Source of the DNA: Octopus sinensis | Taxonomy: Eukaryota | Assembly (NCBI RefSeq): GCF_006345805.1 | Contig: NC_043000.1 | Span: 84,630,001 to 84,694,000 of the forward strand | Reading direction: 5' to 3' | DNA: 64,000 bases | Shown: piece by piece, positions 14,192-28,682 of the stretch | How the letters are laid out: every line of letters begins with the position of its first letter | Position numbering within the stretch: position 1 is the stretch's first letter | Made by a program: the position numbers and the translations under genes | The notes under the pieces: model-generated | The model's database searches: none | The model's input: the letters and a program-made list of their open reading frames with translations, nothing else | Told to the model about the DNA's origin: nothing

Positions 14192-14781
14192 AGAACATAT
14201 TCGAACTCTTAAGAAAGCCATTCACTGTATTTTGTATAGAGAAAATTTCTCGCTGCTGACAAATAGTTGTAAATACACCGAATCAGCTCATAGCGCCTCC
14301 TAACCAGACTGTAAGATGCCTGCATTTCGGAGTGGTTATCTCCTCGTCATCCAACTTCACATGAGATATTTTATGATATTACCGTCATCATTCAATGATT
14401 GGTTGCGCTATTCAGCAGCTCGCCGTAAATAAAATGCCTCAAGCACACTCCAGCTGGTAACAAATTTCTATTTATACCAATCACTACTTGGCGCTGACCA
14501 CGTATTTTACTGACGGTAAGCAACTGAAAAGTTCAACCACTCACTGAACAATGACGGGAATATCGTGAGGGACCTGTCATTCGTAATCTGTTCGTAGTGT
14601 CTGCCTTTCTAGTCTATGTAGCTGAAGAGGAGATAACCAATCCGAAATGCATGTATCACACGGTCCGGGTAGGAAGTGCAGTGAGCTGACTCAGTATATT
14701 TATACCTATTTGCCCACAGCAAGAAATTTTCACCGTGACAAAATATAGTGAATTACTTTCTTAGGAGATCGAATATGCCTC
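14192..14781. mobile_element. Old MITE / foldback element with ~160-bp diverged TIRs
   Basis: catattcgaactcttaagaaag...tgcatttcggagtggttatctcctc vs gaggagataaccaatccgaaatgca...ctttcttaggagatcgaatatg. Confidence 0.75.
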
Positions 14782-15437
14782 AAACATGTTTGAACTGGTA
14801 AGGAGTTTGCATTTAATTCGATGTTTCCCCCTTTTTTTAAGACAGTAGGGTGTGATTTGAAGGAGATCCTGCTACTTTTTCTAACAGGTTGAGCGACTGG
14901 TTGGAGAGCACTTCGTTTGTTATTGCGTATATATGTGTTTCAGTGTGACTGTGTGTGTATATGCGTGCATGCGTTGAGTGCGTGTGTGTTTGATTGTGTG
15001 CGCCTGTATGCATATACATGCGCCTCTGTATATATGTGTGGGTATATATGCCTGTGCTTGTGCTTGTGTGTATGCAAAATATTCAGCTCGTTCTAAGATA
15101 TACGGTAAACATAAGCTAGAAGTCTTGTAAACAGTAGCGAAATAGATTGTAAACAGAAAGTGGATTTCTTTTATGTTCAGTCAGGAAAGATTAAAGCCCT
15201 AAGCTACAACATTCCCCTGTGGTGCTTCAAACATTTCAAAATATACTTCAAATTTCTATACATATATACGTGTGTGTGTGTGTGTATTAACATACAATAT
15301 AGGCTTATATGTATATATATAAATGTATGTTTCTAAGTGTTGTAGACATTTACACACGCACCCGTATATTTAAATATAGTTTCATAGAGAGACAAACTGA
15401 CAAACAGATAGATAGATGGATAAACAGATAGATAGAC

Positions 15438-15544
<107 letters not shown>

Positions 15545-15734
15545 CAGATAGAGAGAGAGAGAAAGAGAGAAACAGGCAGACAGACTAACAGACAGATAGA
15601 TAGATACATAGATAGATAGATAGATACATAGATAGATAAAGATATACACACGTGTATATATGTGTATGTATATGTATGTATGTATCTATCTATCTATCTA
15701 TATATATATATATTATAATATATATATATATATA

Positions 15735-15772
<38 letters not shown>

Positions 15773-15970
15773 CAGAGGCGACTCCAGGTCATCAGCATCA
15801 CTCGGGCTTATCACAGGTTTCGCGAAAAGACACATGCCTGTGGGGAAAATACTTTGAAAGTAAGGTACCTTTGAAATGTGAATACAACGGACGAGCTGAC
15901 ATAAACACACTCCAACCCCGTCACCCTTAGCAGAGTATCCTTGTCGTTATACTGGAGTATCGCCCCCAAA
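15773..15970 (-). ncRNA. TA-adjacent element with reversed-order hammerhead-like core (degenerate)
   Basis: Minus strand cacagg...GAAA cctgtg...CTGATGA cctggagtcgcc; cacagg/cctgtg helix; post-core strand pairs with 15952-15964; UH site not intact. Confidence 0.4.
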
Positions 15971-16284
15971 TAAGATTACTATGTTGTTCTGGTTTATATA
16001 ATTATTATTTTTCATTTGACTCACTATTCGAAGCAAAACGTTGCATTATGTTATTTTCTTTCCAAGAATCAGTAGAAGTAATCGCATACAATATAGACAT
16101 CGCTATGAACGGTGTTTGGAATGTTTTTTGTCAATACCACAATTCCTCTAGTAAACATTCGAAGCCGTATGTTTAGCTTTCTATGTCTGCAAAACGTGGA
16201 ACACTTTATTCTGCTGAAATGATTCGAATGATCAAATCTATCGTTTTTAATGCCTATAATGTACATACATGCTCATACATATAT

Positions 16285-16350
<66 letters not shown>

Positions 16351-16392
16351 GATTATAGATAACAATATATAAAGAACAATATATACATAGAT

Positions 16393-16445
<53 letters not shown>

Positions 16446-16474
16446 GTATGTATTTATATATGTATGTATGTACA

Positions 16475-16516
<42 letters not shown>

Positions 16517-16561
16517 CATATATATATGCAAACACACACATATATATACACATATATATAC

Positions 16562-16643
<82 letters not shown>

Positions 16644-16671
16644 TGTATGTATGTATGCATGTACACATACA

Positions 16672-17200
16672 CAGGGTGTTCGAGCTAAATCTTTTTGCAT
16701 AAAAGGAAAAGAAACATTATTGTATCCAAAAATAAATGTATTCTAGAGAATCGAAAATTGTCAACTAGGTTATGGCCAGGAGATAACAGTTTACTCAAAG
16801 TAGCCGCTTTCATCTTCCACCATGGATTCAAGACGACTCAGGAACCGGGAGCATTCGTTCCTCTCAGTATTCCTCGGAAGATCGAGCACATCCCTGATCT
16901 CGACCACCTGCTTACCCTTGGCGTTGCAGACAGAAAGGTTGATGCTTTTATTTTTAATTACGTCCCACACAGGTATGGAAATGAGCCTAATCCTGCTGCC
17001 ACATATGGCCTTCCAGCAGCAACCATATCTAGCCAGGGATTGCTCACAGTCTCCAGCAGCTTCAAATACCTGTCTAAATTGAGCCTAAGGCCCTGATCAA
17101 TGATGTGGGGTAGTATGACGTGCCTTTCAGAGGGGACATAGCCAAAGACCGTCAGTGTTTGGTGTAACTTGGTTTTTATGATGTCTATGTCAAGTCTTAC
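16672..17200 (-). mobile_element. Tc1/mariner (maT/DD37D-like) transposase relic with one terminus
   Basis: VFGYVPSERHVILPHIIDQGLRLN...PWLDMVAAGRPYV and C-terminal CSRFLSRLESMVEDESGYFE*; ta|cagggtg end. Confidence 0.75.
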
Positions 17201-17968
17201 AGCCGTTACAGTGTTCACACAGTATTAAGCAGCAGTCATGATATCAACATTTTGATACCCGACGCAAATCATGATACAGGTTCCAGTATCTAGATGGCTT
17301 CTCGTCCTCCATATCAGCTAACTTTTTGTCAACTATAACTATTATCTTAATGCTCTCCAAAGCCGTTCACTGTTCACCAATACATCAAGTTGTTCCTGAA
17401 AAAAAAGGAGAAATATGACAAACTCCATTTAATGAACATCTGAACACATGCGCAAAAATCAAATTTCCAAAATTCTTGTCTTCTCACATGTGCAGACAAT
17501 ACTCCACGGCAAGCAGGGATTATTAAGGAAAGTTCGTTTATTAAAAAATACAAGCCACTGCTGAACAGTAATGCACAATTCTCCTTTTCCTATTAACTAA
17601 CTATTGTAGAATGTCTACTTGAGCTCGTTCTTAAGAAAACCAAAATTCATGTAGCAGCTATCATCTATCTTATTTACTTCACGCTTCTTTATCTTACTTA
17701 TCCCACACTTTGTTAACCAAAATCGATGTCCAACAGAAGGGAACTAGCACAAATTGACAACTTTATTCTTCGACGGAATAATAAACAATCACTATCTATA
17801 ACAATTTTATCTCTCTTTTCAAACTATCATACGACATATTCAATGTAGAAAAGCTTTTATGCGACCTTCTCATGCGACTGCCACATGAGCTTATTAAATG
17901 AACAATTGACCAATCATTACGTTAAAGTAAAGCATTCTGAGCCACATTCCCTCTTTAAAACCAAGCCA

Positions 17969-18034
<66 letters not shown>

Positions 18035-18038
<4 letters not shown>

Positions 18039-18581
18039 GTTGTCTAGAAAGTTCGTGCCGATTTTTAAAGGAAAGAAAAAGATCAATAAATATTTGCCAT
18101 TACATTTTTAATCAACCAAATATGAACCATTTTGTTGCACAATGAATCTCCATCTTTCCTTTAACTTGAAAATACCCCCTTATCAGAATTGAGGTGGTAT
18201 CATGGCAAAGAATTAATCAAGGTATATTTTTACGTCATCCAAGGAATTGAAATTTTTACCATTAAGACTATTCTGCAGAGACCTGAATAAGTGGAAATCC
18301 GAAGGAGCAATATCTGGTGAATATAGAGAGTGGGGTAACACATCCCAGCCAAGCTGCAGCAATTTTCAAGTGCCGAAAATGAACTTTCTTATCTTCAATT
18401 TAAAAGGGTTACAAAATTAACACAGGTTATAAGCACATAAACCTTCTTCCACGAAAAGATAGCTTAAACTGTGCTTTAAATGGAGGTGGAGTCAAATCCT
18501 ATTTTATGAACTCAGCCATGTTCTAAAATAAGTCGAAAAGTAAGCTACTATAAATCGGCACGAACTTTCCGGACAACCCAA
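18035..18581 (-). mobile_element. Internally deleted mariner element
   Basis: TIRs ttgggttgtctagaaagttcgtgccgattt / aaatcggcacgaactttccggacaacccaa in TA context; minus strand LLQLGWDVLPHSLYSPDIAPSDFHLFRSLQN. Confidence 0.92.
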
Positions 18582-18587
18582 CATATA

Positions 18588-18618
<31 letters not shown>

Positions 18619-20199
18619 GAGTTATATGCATATGTGTATATATGCACATGTGTGTGTGTGTACATATGAGTGTGGATGCATGTATAAGTTTATGAAGGCT
18701 TGTATGTATGCGCGTATATACACATACGCAAACACAAACTTCCAAATATACAGGCGCATACGTATTATACATTTATTTTCTTGTTTGTTTTACAAGAAAC
18801 TGACATGTGTAAAGTCAGAAATCTGTACTTCGTTATTCCTTAGATTTGTTACCCTGTGTTGTCTACAATAAAGAGATTTATCTTGTTTCTTCTTTTCTCA
18901 ACACTAATGAACAAGACAGTAACTGGGGACACTAAAATCTAATCCGATTAGCTTTCACAAGTAATCACATATATACGTCACTGAAAACAAACGATAAATA
19001 TAGAACAACATTTTACCTAAGACATCCCTGTTTATTAAATTACAGAAAATTATCTCAAAGACGCAAAGGCTAGACGTAATTTTAGAGACATATGGCTTTC
19101 ATTTCTTGAAAGTCAAGCGACCACATAAAGGTTACTTCCTATATAATTTTAGCACCTGATAAAATGAATTTTGTAAAAATACGTCTTTCTTTCATTCCAT
19201 AAAAATAAAACGACTTTTCTATTACGGGATATAAACAAGTGTGAAACAAAGCTTTAGTCCAAGAAGTTGACCAATCAGTCATTTTGAAAGCAGAAATAAA
19301 GCAGCGAGCTGGCAAAATCGTTACACGATGGATTAAGTGCTTAGCAACATTTCGTCTGTCTATACGTTCTAAGTTCAAACTCTACGGAGGTCGACTTTGC
19401 TTTTCCTCCTTTTTCGCTCGATAAAAAATTAACTATTTCGGCACTGAAGACTATACCACTTCCCACGAAATTTCAAGCACCGTCTCTATAGTAGTATAAA
19501 ATGAGTTATGAATTCAGATGTGATTTACTGAACATTTAAGCCATGAAAAAGCTAAAAGCCATTATTATTTAAGTCTTTTATGACCCCCATGAGAAACCTC
19601 AAGATAAATTCACACTTCAAATTACATTCACACTTAAATTATCTTTTCCATTTATTTTTATTAAAGTGTTATGTTTTCTTTGCTATATTCTTTTGTTTTT
19701 TATTTTCCTTTTCTACCTTTCTCTTTTAATTTTCACAGTTCATATATTGATAATAAAACCATAATAAAGTTTTATGGCAGCTCTAACTACATCTAGATTA
19801 CATAAGAATACCTGGAAGTGTGATAAACGAGTTTCAATGGACCAAGTCGATGGGGTGACAGAATGAACTATGAAATTAGTGATGATTTCCATTTTGTCAC
19901 AGGTATTATGTCCAGTCCAGGGCTAACAGCAATAAAGAAATACCAGCAGTGAGTAGTGGCAAATGTAATGACCAGCGAAAGCATTGCTGGCTGCGTCGTG
20001 TTCAATTCAGATCCAGCCCACCTCATAAAATCGACACAAATTTCATCGCATGATGACAACCTCAATGAGTAGAAAACAACATCGTTATCTTTTACCTTAA
20101 AACTTGTCACAGTTATGGACTGCCGCTATGCTGGGGCACAGCTTTGAAGGGTTTTTGTTGAAAGTATCGATTCTGGTACATATTTTTTAAAGTCTAGTA

Positions 20200-20506
20200 A
20201 GAGCTTACGATCGTGAGGTTGTGAGCTCGAATCCCGGACCGGGCTGTGTGTTGTGTTCTTGAGCAAGACACTTTATTTCACGTTACTCCAGTTCACTCAG
20301 ATGTAGAAATGAGTTGCGACGTCACAGGTGCCAAGCTGTATCGGCCCTAGCCTTTCCTTTGGATAACACAGGTGGCGTGGAGAAGGGAGGCCGGTATGCA
20401 TGGGCGACTGCTGGTGTTCCATAAGCAACCTTGCCCGGACTTGTGCCTGGGAAGGTAACTTTCTAGGTGCAATCCCATGGTCAGTGCCGTGACCGAAGGG
20501 GGTTTC
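20200..20506 (+). mobile_element. tRNA-derived SINE
   Basis: gagctcgaatccc B-box, gttcttgagcaagacactttatttcacgtt core, distinct tail. Confidence 0.75.
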
Positions 20507-22077
20507 AGACTCAGGGTAAGTTATTCTTTCTCAAGGGAAATAACGCAGTTTAACTGGCTTTCATGGATATATCTACTTTAAGTACGATATACAGATTCCT
20601 ATTTTGAACTAATACTGCTCCTTTGTTAAACTCGAATTTGTATTCAGCCAGCCGACTAATTGCGAAATCAGTCATATTTCAGTCACTGATTTACTACTAT
20701 TTCAGTAGCGGACGGTTTCCTCGTAGCATGCGCTGAACCACTTTCATACAATACGCCTCAGAAAACTTCTCGGCATAAAGAGGCAAGACAGGATCCCAGA
20801 CACCGAGGTACTAATACGTGCTAACCTGCCCAGCATCCATACCATCTTGATGCAGTCTCAGTTTTCTGTGTTTTTTAATACCACATGTCTATAAGAGATT
20901 CTTTCTCGAGACAAATACCACAGTTTAACAAACCTTCATCGATATATATACTTGAAGTATGACAGGCTGCTTTTCTGAAATAATGCTCCTTCCAGCGCTA
21001 ATAATGAAGTTTTATAATATATTAGAGTTTATTAGTAGTCGCGAAATTTCCTTTCACTTCCGTTTTCTCCTATTATAATTTATTGCTTTATAATTAATGT
21101 TGATGCCACGTCTCAATTAGTCACTAAATAAACAATGTCAAGGAATATTTATTTCTTTTCTTGTATTTTTATCGTTGAAACACTCTTTAATCTAAATGAG
21201 TTTATGGTTGCCCTTGCACTATTTTCGGAAACGAGAGAAAGAGTAGAAACAAAATTATATTTTGTTGTTTGGGAGATTTTTTCGAGAGAATCTAAGAAAA
21301 TGGGGCATTCAAGCTTCAATGCATTTCAAGATAAGACATGGGAGTATAAGGATATGACTTAAAATGGAGGTTTCTGTGCACCTACATACTTATTTGTGTA
21401 TTTGTGTGTGTCTGTATATGCGTGTGCGTGCGCATGTGTGTAGTCGCTTATATGGTTATATAGATATTAGTATACATAGAGCTTACACACCTGTATAAAC
21501 ATTTTCATCTATGCGTAAGGTTTTAGTCACAAATATGAGAGCAAGAATGTGCGTGATTTGTGTGTGAGAGAGACGTACAGATAGACAGATAGACAGAAAG
21601 CGAGATAGAGAGAATAAGAGGAGGCGGAGAAGGCGAAGGGAGAGAGAGAAGGAGATGGGTCTGTGAAACTATTTGGGGAGAAGGAACGACAAAGATTAAA
21701 AATTTAACAATGGTATACTATTTGAATAGGTTACTCAGAAGAATAACATAATTTTTATGTAAATGTTAAATCATAGATTTATATGTACAAATTCAACAAA
21801 CACCAGCAGTGTGGATATCGTGCACCCAATAACACAGACAACGTGAGGAGACGGTAGGTCCCTGGATCAGAGGTAGGTGTGTGATGACGAACGACTCCAT
21901 CAGAATCGTCCAGTGACAGCCTTCATTTCGGACGGTCTATGATATCTGTATATGGTGCAACAGTGATACTCCCAGATATTAAGAGTCTCACTGAACTTTT
22001 GTAATGGGTTCCTTATTATTGGAGGCTGAAGTATCTTACATCCAGCCGTAGAAAGACAGACAGACAGACAGACAGAC

Positions 22078-22177
<100 letters not shown>

Positions 22178-22239
22178 GTTGTTGCTACTGTTGCTGCTGT
22201 TGTTGTTGCTGTTGCTGCTTTGTTTGTTTGTTTGTTTGT

Positions 22240-22602
22240 TGAGCGAAGCCGTCTTCGTCCCAGAGCTTGCAAGATCGCGCCTCAGGATTGTCTGTAGTGG
22301 GAGAAGTCCGAAACGTGGTCCTTTGCTATTCGTAAGACCCGCAGAAGAGAAAGCAGGTCAACCCCCTACATCGAGAGCATCGACGGATGGATGAATGCGC
22401 ATCCAGGCTCAGCGGTTGCATAGGAAGTCGGGGACAAGAAACAGGAACAAAGAGTGAGAGAAAGTTGGAGCGACCACCTCCTGCCGGAGCCTCGTGGAGC
22501 TTTAGGTATTTTCGCTCAATAAATACACACAACGCCCGGTCTGGGAATCGAAACCGCGATCCTCCGACCGCGAGTCCGCTGCCCTAACCACTGGGCCATT
22601 GC
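22240..22602 (-). mobile_element. tRNA-derived SINE with well-preserved tRNA-like head
   Basis: Minus strand gcaatggcccagtggttagggcagcggactcgcggtc...ggtttcgattccc; same head family at 45895-46385. Confidence 0.85.
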
Positions 22603-22668
22603 CCAAACTACGACTTAACAACCGCTAGTGGTTTGTTTACGTGCCCGTAACTTAGCGGTTCAGTTATG

Positions 22669-22751
<83 letters not shown>

Positions 22752-23963
22752 ATGGGAGAGAGAAAGAGGGAGAGATAGGGAAAAAGAGAGTTAGAGGGGG
22801 ATAGAGAGATGAATCCGGGCTCTGCTTCTGCTTACGATCTATATATATGTGATCGCTAGTACACACCTTTCCATTTTCCTTTTTACTGGTCGGGATATGC
22901 CGCAGCTATTCGGTGCCGAGGAATTCTACGACGAATGGAGGATGATGGTTCTAAAAATAGTTACCATGACTAGCAGAAACATACCATAGAGTTGCAAATC
23001 CTTCACAAGTTTGAACATGGCACCGAAGCAGTTAAATTCCCTTCACTTACATCTTACCGTCTTAAAAAACGAAGTACACATTAGATAGAGGTGTCCTAAA
23101 TATACAACAGAGATAGAACAGCCATCGTCATGCATTCCTGTTTTATGATGAATAACCCAGGAGAAGACAACTTCAACATTCCTCTTTTAATTTCCACGCT
23201 CCCATCATTTAAGATCAGAGTAAATAAAGTATAAATTAAAATAGATATGGATTATACTGGAGCCTCTTTCATGAGTATGTCTAAGGGCAATCTAAAGCAT
23301 TCAACAGTTATAGATAATTTTACACGTGTTTAGATAAGAACTATTCACTTTAGCACGTAACCTCAATTTTCCTGTGTGATCAGGATATGATCAGAGGTCC
23401 TGATAAACGTTGTCATGGCATTAAAGCTCCGACTGTCGAAATATGGGAAGGGGATGCACAGCTACTTTGGAAGATCATTTCTAATTTAGGATACGATGTG
23501 ACGTGTAAATAGCATTAGCTTTCTTTTTTAACTTTATATTGAAAATTCTGTCAAGCTTGACTTTGCCTTTCACAATCCAGATACGAGAATATAAACACCA
23601 GTTCTTATTGTTTAAGCCATTTCAACTTTGATTTAACAAAACTGCACTCAAAAGTCCTTCACCCGTGACCATTTCGTCTTATTATATACCAGGGAATGCA
23701 TTGTCCAATGTGTCCTTTCTTCTTAAGAGAAAAGATTGGTATTTGAGGAAAATTTAGCTGGTTTTTCCATCAGGTAGTGCTATCACCTACAGACTCCCCT
23801 ATCGCTAAATATCTCAGGGGTTTACATACCAATTTGAAGAAATGGTACAAGTAGAATAGTACCACAGAAAATTCCTTCTCGTGCTTACTGATGATGTTCT
23901 AAGTTTAACATTTAAATTCTATTAGAATTTTGTACTCGGAATCTAATTGAAACTTCCAACAGG

Positions 23964-24117
23964 CATTGGTGTAGCTAGAGTGTGTGCCGCCTGGAGCGGC
24001 CAATTATATTGCTGCCCTCGGACCCCAACAAAATACATATTGCCTACAGCAGATCCAAAAGTAATGACACTCCCACAACATTGCCGCCCTCTTCGCCTCG
24101 CTCTAGCTACGCTAGTG
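23964..24117. mobile_element. Small hAT-like MITE
   Basis: TIRs cattggtgtagctagag / ctctagctacgctagtg; flanks ccaacagg / ccaagaga resemble a decayed 8-bp TSD. Confidence 0.65.
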
Positions 24118-25079
24118 CCAAGAGATGAACATTTCCTCAAAGTATGGAATATCTTGATTTCTAAACATTTGATAATGAATGTCCAAAAGGCTATTTTCAT
24201 TCATTTAATAATGAAGCAAAACAAAAAAAAAACTCGTTGGTCGTTTTCCCTCAACAACTATATCGGGTCCAGCCCTCAGGCCTTGCATCAATCACTATAC
24301 CCAGAACTGTCTCAGCATTAAAGGCCCCCGGCAAATCATTACACCGGACCCTATGGTATTTATTTATTGACAGCAAGCCAGAGCATAGACAGGTTAGAAT
24401 TGGGCCCCTAGACTCGTGAGGATTTAGTCCATCTTCTCCAGAATGTCGCTCTTTTGGAACTCCCCTTAAGCAACCTACAAAATGAAACAGTTCAAGCGGT
24501 ATATTAACCCGTTAACCTCATCGGCCCCACTGGAATGTGAGGGTCAGGTGGAAAGGGCATGGACACAGTTCTTTCTGACAAGACCGATAAAAAACAGAAA
24601 TAAGTAGAGTAAAAAGATCACTGAAATATTGCCACTGCACATTAACTTCTCTGATAGACAGGAATTATACCAGTAATATACTAAGGATACACCTCACCTT
24701 GGTGCTTTTTACATACGAGTAAAGCTTATGTTCAATTATTGGCATTCAGAAATATCCCTGAATAGTTGATTGATCCTCTTTTACTTTGAAGTGAGTGGTG
24801 GGGGAGATGAGAAAGTTATAACCTTTAAAACCTAATTCCATTAGCAATGCAAATGGACTGGACTAGCTTCCATCTGAGACCCACCTCACTGTGTTACATA
24901 CATGCATCTATACATACATACATACATACATACATACATACATACATACATACAACATACATACATATATACACACACATACACACACACATACATATAT
25001 ATATACATACATACATACATACATACATATTGATGTCTGTATATGTATATATAGGTATATATATATATATATATATGTG

Positions 25080-25110
<31 letters not shown>

Positions 25111-26279
25111 TGTGTGTGTGTGTGAGTAGACGTATATATCTATCTAATATACGTATATCTATTTATATGTATATACGTATATATCCATCTATTTTATACG
25201 TATATGTGTGTATATATATATATATATACACGTAGATATATATGTTTAGTTATAGTGTGTATGTGTGTATGTATGAATGTACATATTTTAATGTATTTGC
25301 ATCAAATTATATATGTATATGCATGTGTGTGTTTGTGTGTGTATGCTAATGTACTTTTATTATCTGATTTTTATGGATATGCGCCAGTAGTAAAGTCAGT
25401 ACGTATGTGTATGTATGTGTGTGTGCATGTGCTTATGCGTAGTGTGTGTGTGTGTGTGCGCGCGCGCTGGTAAGTGCGTACATGTTTGCGTTTATCTGTG
25501 AGTGTTTGATATGTTTATTTGCATGTGAATGTATGTGTATGTGAACGTGTTTGTATATGTGTGTGCGTATTCTTACCTTAGAGAGTACTTTAGCGCGAGG
25601 CCTTCAGTTGTTATACTGTATTATCTCTCAGTTTTTAAAGCAATGTTAGTTTTATTATGCCTAAATTATTATTAATTTCCTTCTTGTAGCCATAAATTCC
25701 ATTTTATGTCCATCCATAAACTCCCAAATTGATTTATGAATCTTTATGGTTGCCAAGGTGGAACCTTTACATAGGAAAAATGTATTCTATCCTAGTATAT
25801 AGTCGCCGTCGTTCGTAATGTAGAAACTATAACAATAGCAGCGGCTATGCTCAAATATACAAGTCTTTGCTTTTTTTTATTTTTTTTTTTGCTTTTTTGC
25901 TTTTTTTGCTTTTTTCGTTTTTGTTGTTGTTGTTGTTTTTACTTGTTGACAACTCTCACACGCAATATTTTCCAGGACGGAAAAAACAGAAAGCATTTGG
26001 AGAAGAAAAAATATTTGCATAGCATTAACAGGTGTTGTTCCTGGAAAAATGTAGTACTATGGAATCTAGAAGATACTGCAACCGGAGATGAGACAGTATT
26101 GCTGTTGCAATTATGATGAAGATAATGCTGTTGCTGTCGTTGCTGCTGCTGCTACTGCTGTTACTGCTGTTGCTGCTGCTGCTGCTGCTGCTGCCGCTGC
26201 TGATCATGATGATGATGATGATGATGATGAAAGTAATATAAGGAAAAATAATTCTCCTTTATATTAAAGAGAAAGTGTA

Positions 26280-27000
26280 AGTCTCGACAGGTATTTATTT
26301 TAGGGACCTCGAAAGAATGAAAGGTAAGTTTGACCACAACGAGATTTGAACTCAGGATGTGAAAGAGGAAGAAGAAATGCCGCTAACCATTCTGCGGGCT
26401 CATAATATAATGATGGTTTCACAGCTTGACACAGGGCCAGCAGTGTCTTAGGGAAGAGTAGAATCGTATATGTACTTGACTGGTACCTTTTTTATCAATC
26501 ACAATACTGGTAGTATTTTATCGAAAACAAAGACTTCCACAGAATTTGAACTCAGGACGTAAAGACGAACCAAATGCTGCTGAGCATTTTATCCAGCTCT
26601 CCGCCTTAATAGTGACGATAATAATCTCTTCTACCATAGGCACGACGCCTGAAATTTCGGAAGAGGAGCTAGTCGATTATATCTACTCCAGTGCTTCCAC
26701 CGAGGTCGACTTTGCCTTTCATCCTTTCGGGGTCGATAAATAAAGTACCAGTTTCGCACTGGGGTCGATGTAATCGGCTTAATCCCTTTGTCTGTCCTTG
26801 TTTGTCCCCTCTATGTTTAGCCCCTTGTGGGCAGTAAAGAAATATATATCTATTCCAGTGTTCAATTGCTACCTATTTCATTGGCACCGAAAGAACGAAA
26901 AGTAAAGTCGGCCTCAGCAGAATTTGAACTCAGAACGTAAAGACAGAAATGCAGCTAAGCATTTTCCCGGGCGTGCTAACGATTCTGCCAGTTCGACACC

Positions 27001-27085
<85 letters not shown>

Positions 27086-27533
27086 CCTTTCTGCACAAGG
27101 CCTTGAATTTTGGTGGGAGCGGGCTACACGGTTACGTCGACCCCAGTGCGTAACTGGTACTTATTTTATCAACACCGAAAGGACAAAAGACAAAGTCGAC
27201 CTCGGCAGAATTTGAACTAAGAACGTAACAACGGAAGAAATACTGCTAAGCATTTTGCCCGGTGTGGTAACGATTTTGCCAACTCGCCACCTTAATAATA
27301 ATAACAACAATAATAACAATAATAATAATAATACTTTCTACTGGAAGCACGAGGCCTCAAATTTGAGAGAAGGGATTAAGTTGATTACATCGTGACTAGT
27401 ACTAATTTTATCGACCCCGAAAAGATTAAAAGCAAAGTCAACTTCGGCGGAATTTGAATTCAGAACGTAACGGCAGACGAAATACCACTAAGCATAACGC
27501 CCGGCAGGCTAACAATTCTGCCAGCTCGCTGTC

Positions 27534-27593
<60 letters not shown>

Positions 27594-28146
27594 GCCCTGA
27601 TGCAGTACCAGGCAGTGGCTCTCATGGCTTCTGATCTTAACTGATTGGAAGTGTTATCATGTACATTGTTTTGTCTTGGTATAAAAGATGGGCTACAGCA
27701 AATATTCTGCTCAATACCACAGATTTACTTGTCAGTTGTTTGACCTTAACCAGTTGAGCATGTCCATTGGTGGCTGACGATACGTGCATCACTTATTACG
27801 AGCAGAAGTAGTGAGGGAGCATCATAGCCATGTGTTGAGGGGAATTCTTTGAGATTTGGATAATTGACCTTTGGAAACATAGGTGTTTCGTTCAGCATCT
27901 TTAAGTAACTCTTATCCAGGGACCTTTTGAGTGGGAAGGGCTACTCGACCTTGAGAAAATTCTAACTGGGTCTCCACCTGCAAGGTCATGCGCTGTTTAT
28001 TTTCATATGAGATCACCATGTCGCGCACATATGGTTGTGATTTATGTGCTTGGTGTACCCTTATCAGACGGGTATTCATGATAGGTATACTGGGCTTCGT
28101 ATATTTTACCTCAGTGTCATTTTGAAGCATCCACTGCTCTCTCACT

Positions 28147-28194
<48 letters not shown>

Positions 28195-28201
28195 CAACAA
28201 C

Positions 28202-28272
<71 letters not shown>

Positions 28273-28682
28273 CAACAACAATCTTTTCTACTCTAGGCAC
28301 AAGGCCCGAAATCTTTTTAGGGAGGGGACCAGTCGATTAGATCGACCCCAGTACGCAATTGGTATTTAATTTATCGACCTCGAAAGGATGAAAGGCAAAG
28401 TCGACCTCGACGCAGTTTGAACTCAGAACGTAAAGACAGACGAAATACCTATTTCTTTACTGCCCACAAGGGGCTACAAACAGAGGGGACAAATAAGGAC
28501 AGACAAACGGATTATGCCAATTATATCAACCCCAGTGCGTGACTGGTACTTATTTAATCGACCCTGAAAGGATGAAAGGCAAAGTCGACCTCGGCGGAAT
28601 TTGAACTCAGAACGTAACGGCAGATGAAATACGGCTACGCATTTCGCCCGGCGAGCTAACATTACTGCCAGCTCGCCGCCTT
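26280..28682 (-). mobile_element. Head-to-tail chain of SINEs separated by (AAT)n, with nested insertions
   Basis: At least 7 copies of the aaggcaaagtcgacctcggcggaatttgaactcagaacgtaa family, several ending gccagctcgccgccttaa next to AAT arrays. Confidence 0.85.
27591..28148. repeat. Unclassified ~560-bp probable interspersed repeat inserted in (AAT)n
   Basis: Complex sequence sharply bounded by AAT arrays on both sides; no recognisable ORF. Confidence 0.45.

Noticed and set aside
22530-22602. tRNA-like sequence (also ~46310-46385)
   Set aside because: Continues directly into a SINE body, so it is a SINE head rather than a tRNA gene
26280-28682. CRISPR-like repeat-spacer periodicity
   Set aside because: Units are 200-300-bp diverged SINEs in a eukaryotic context, with no cas genes
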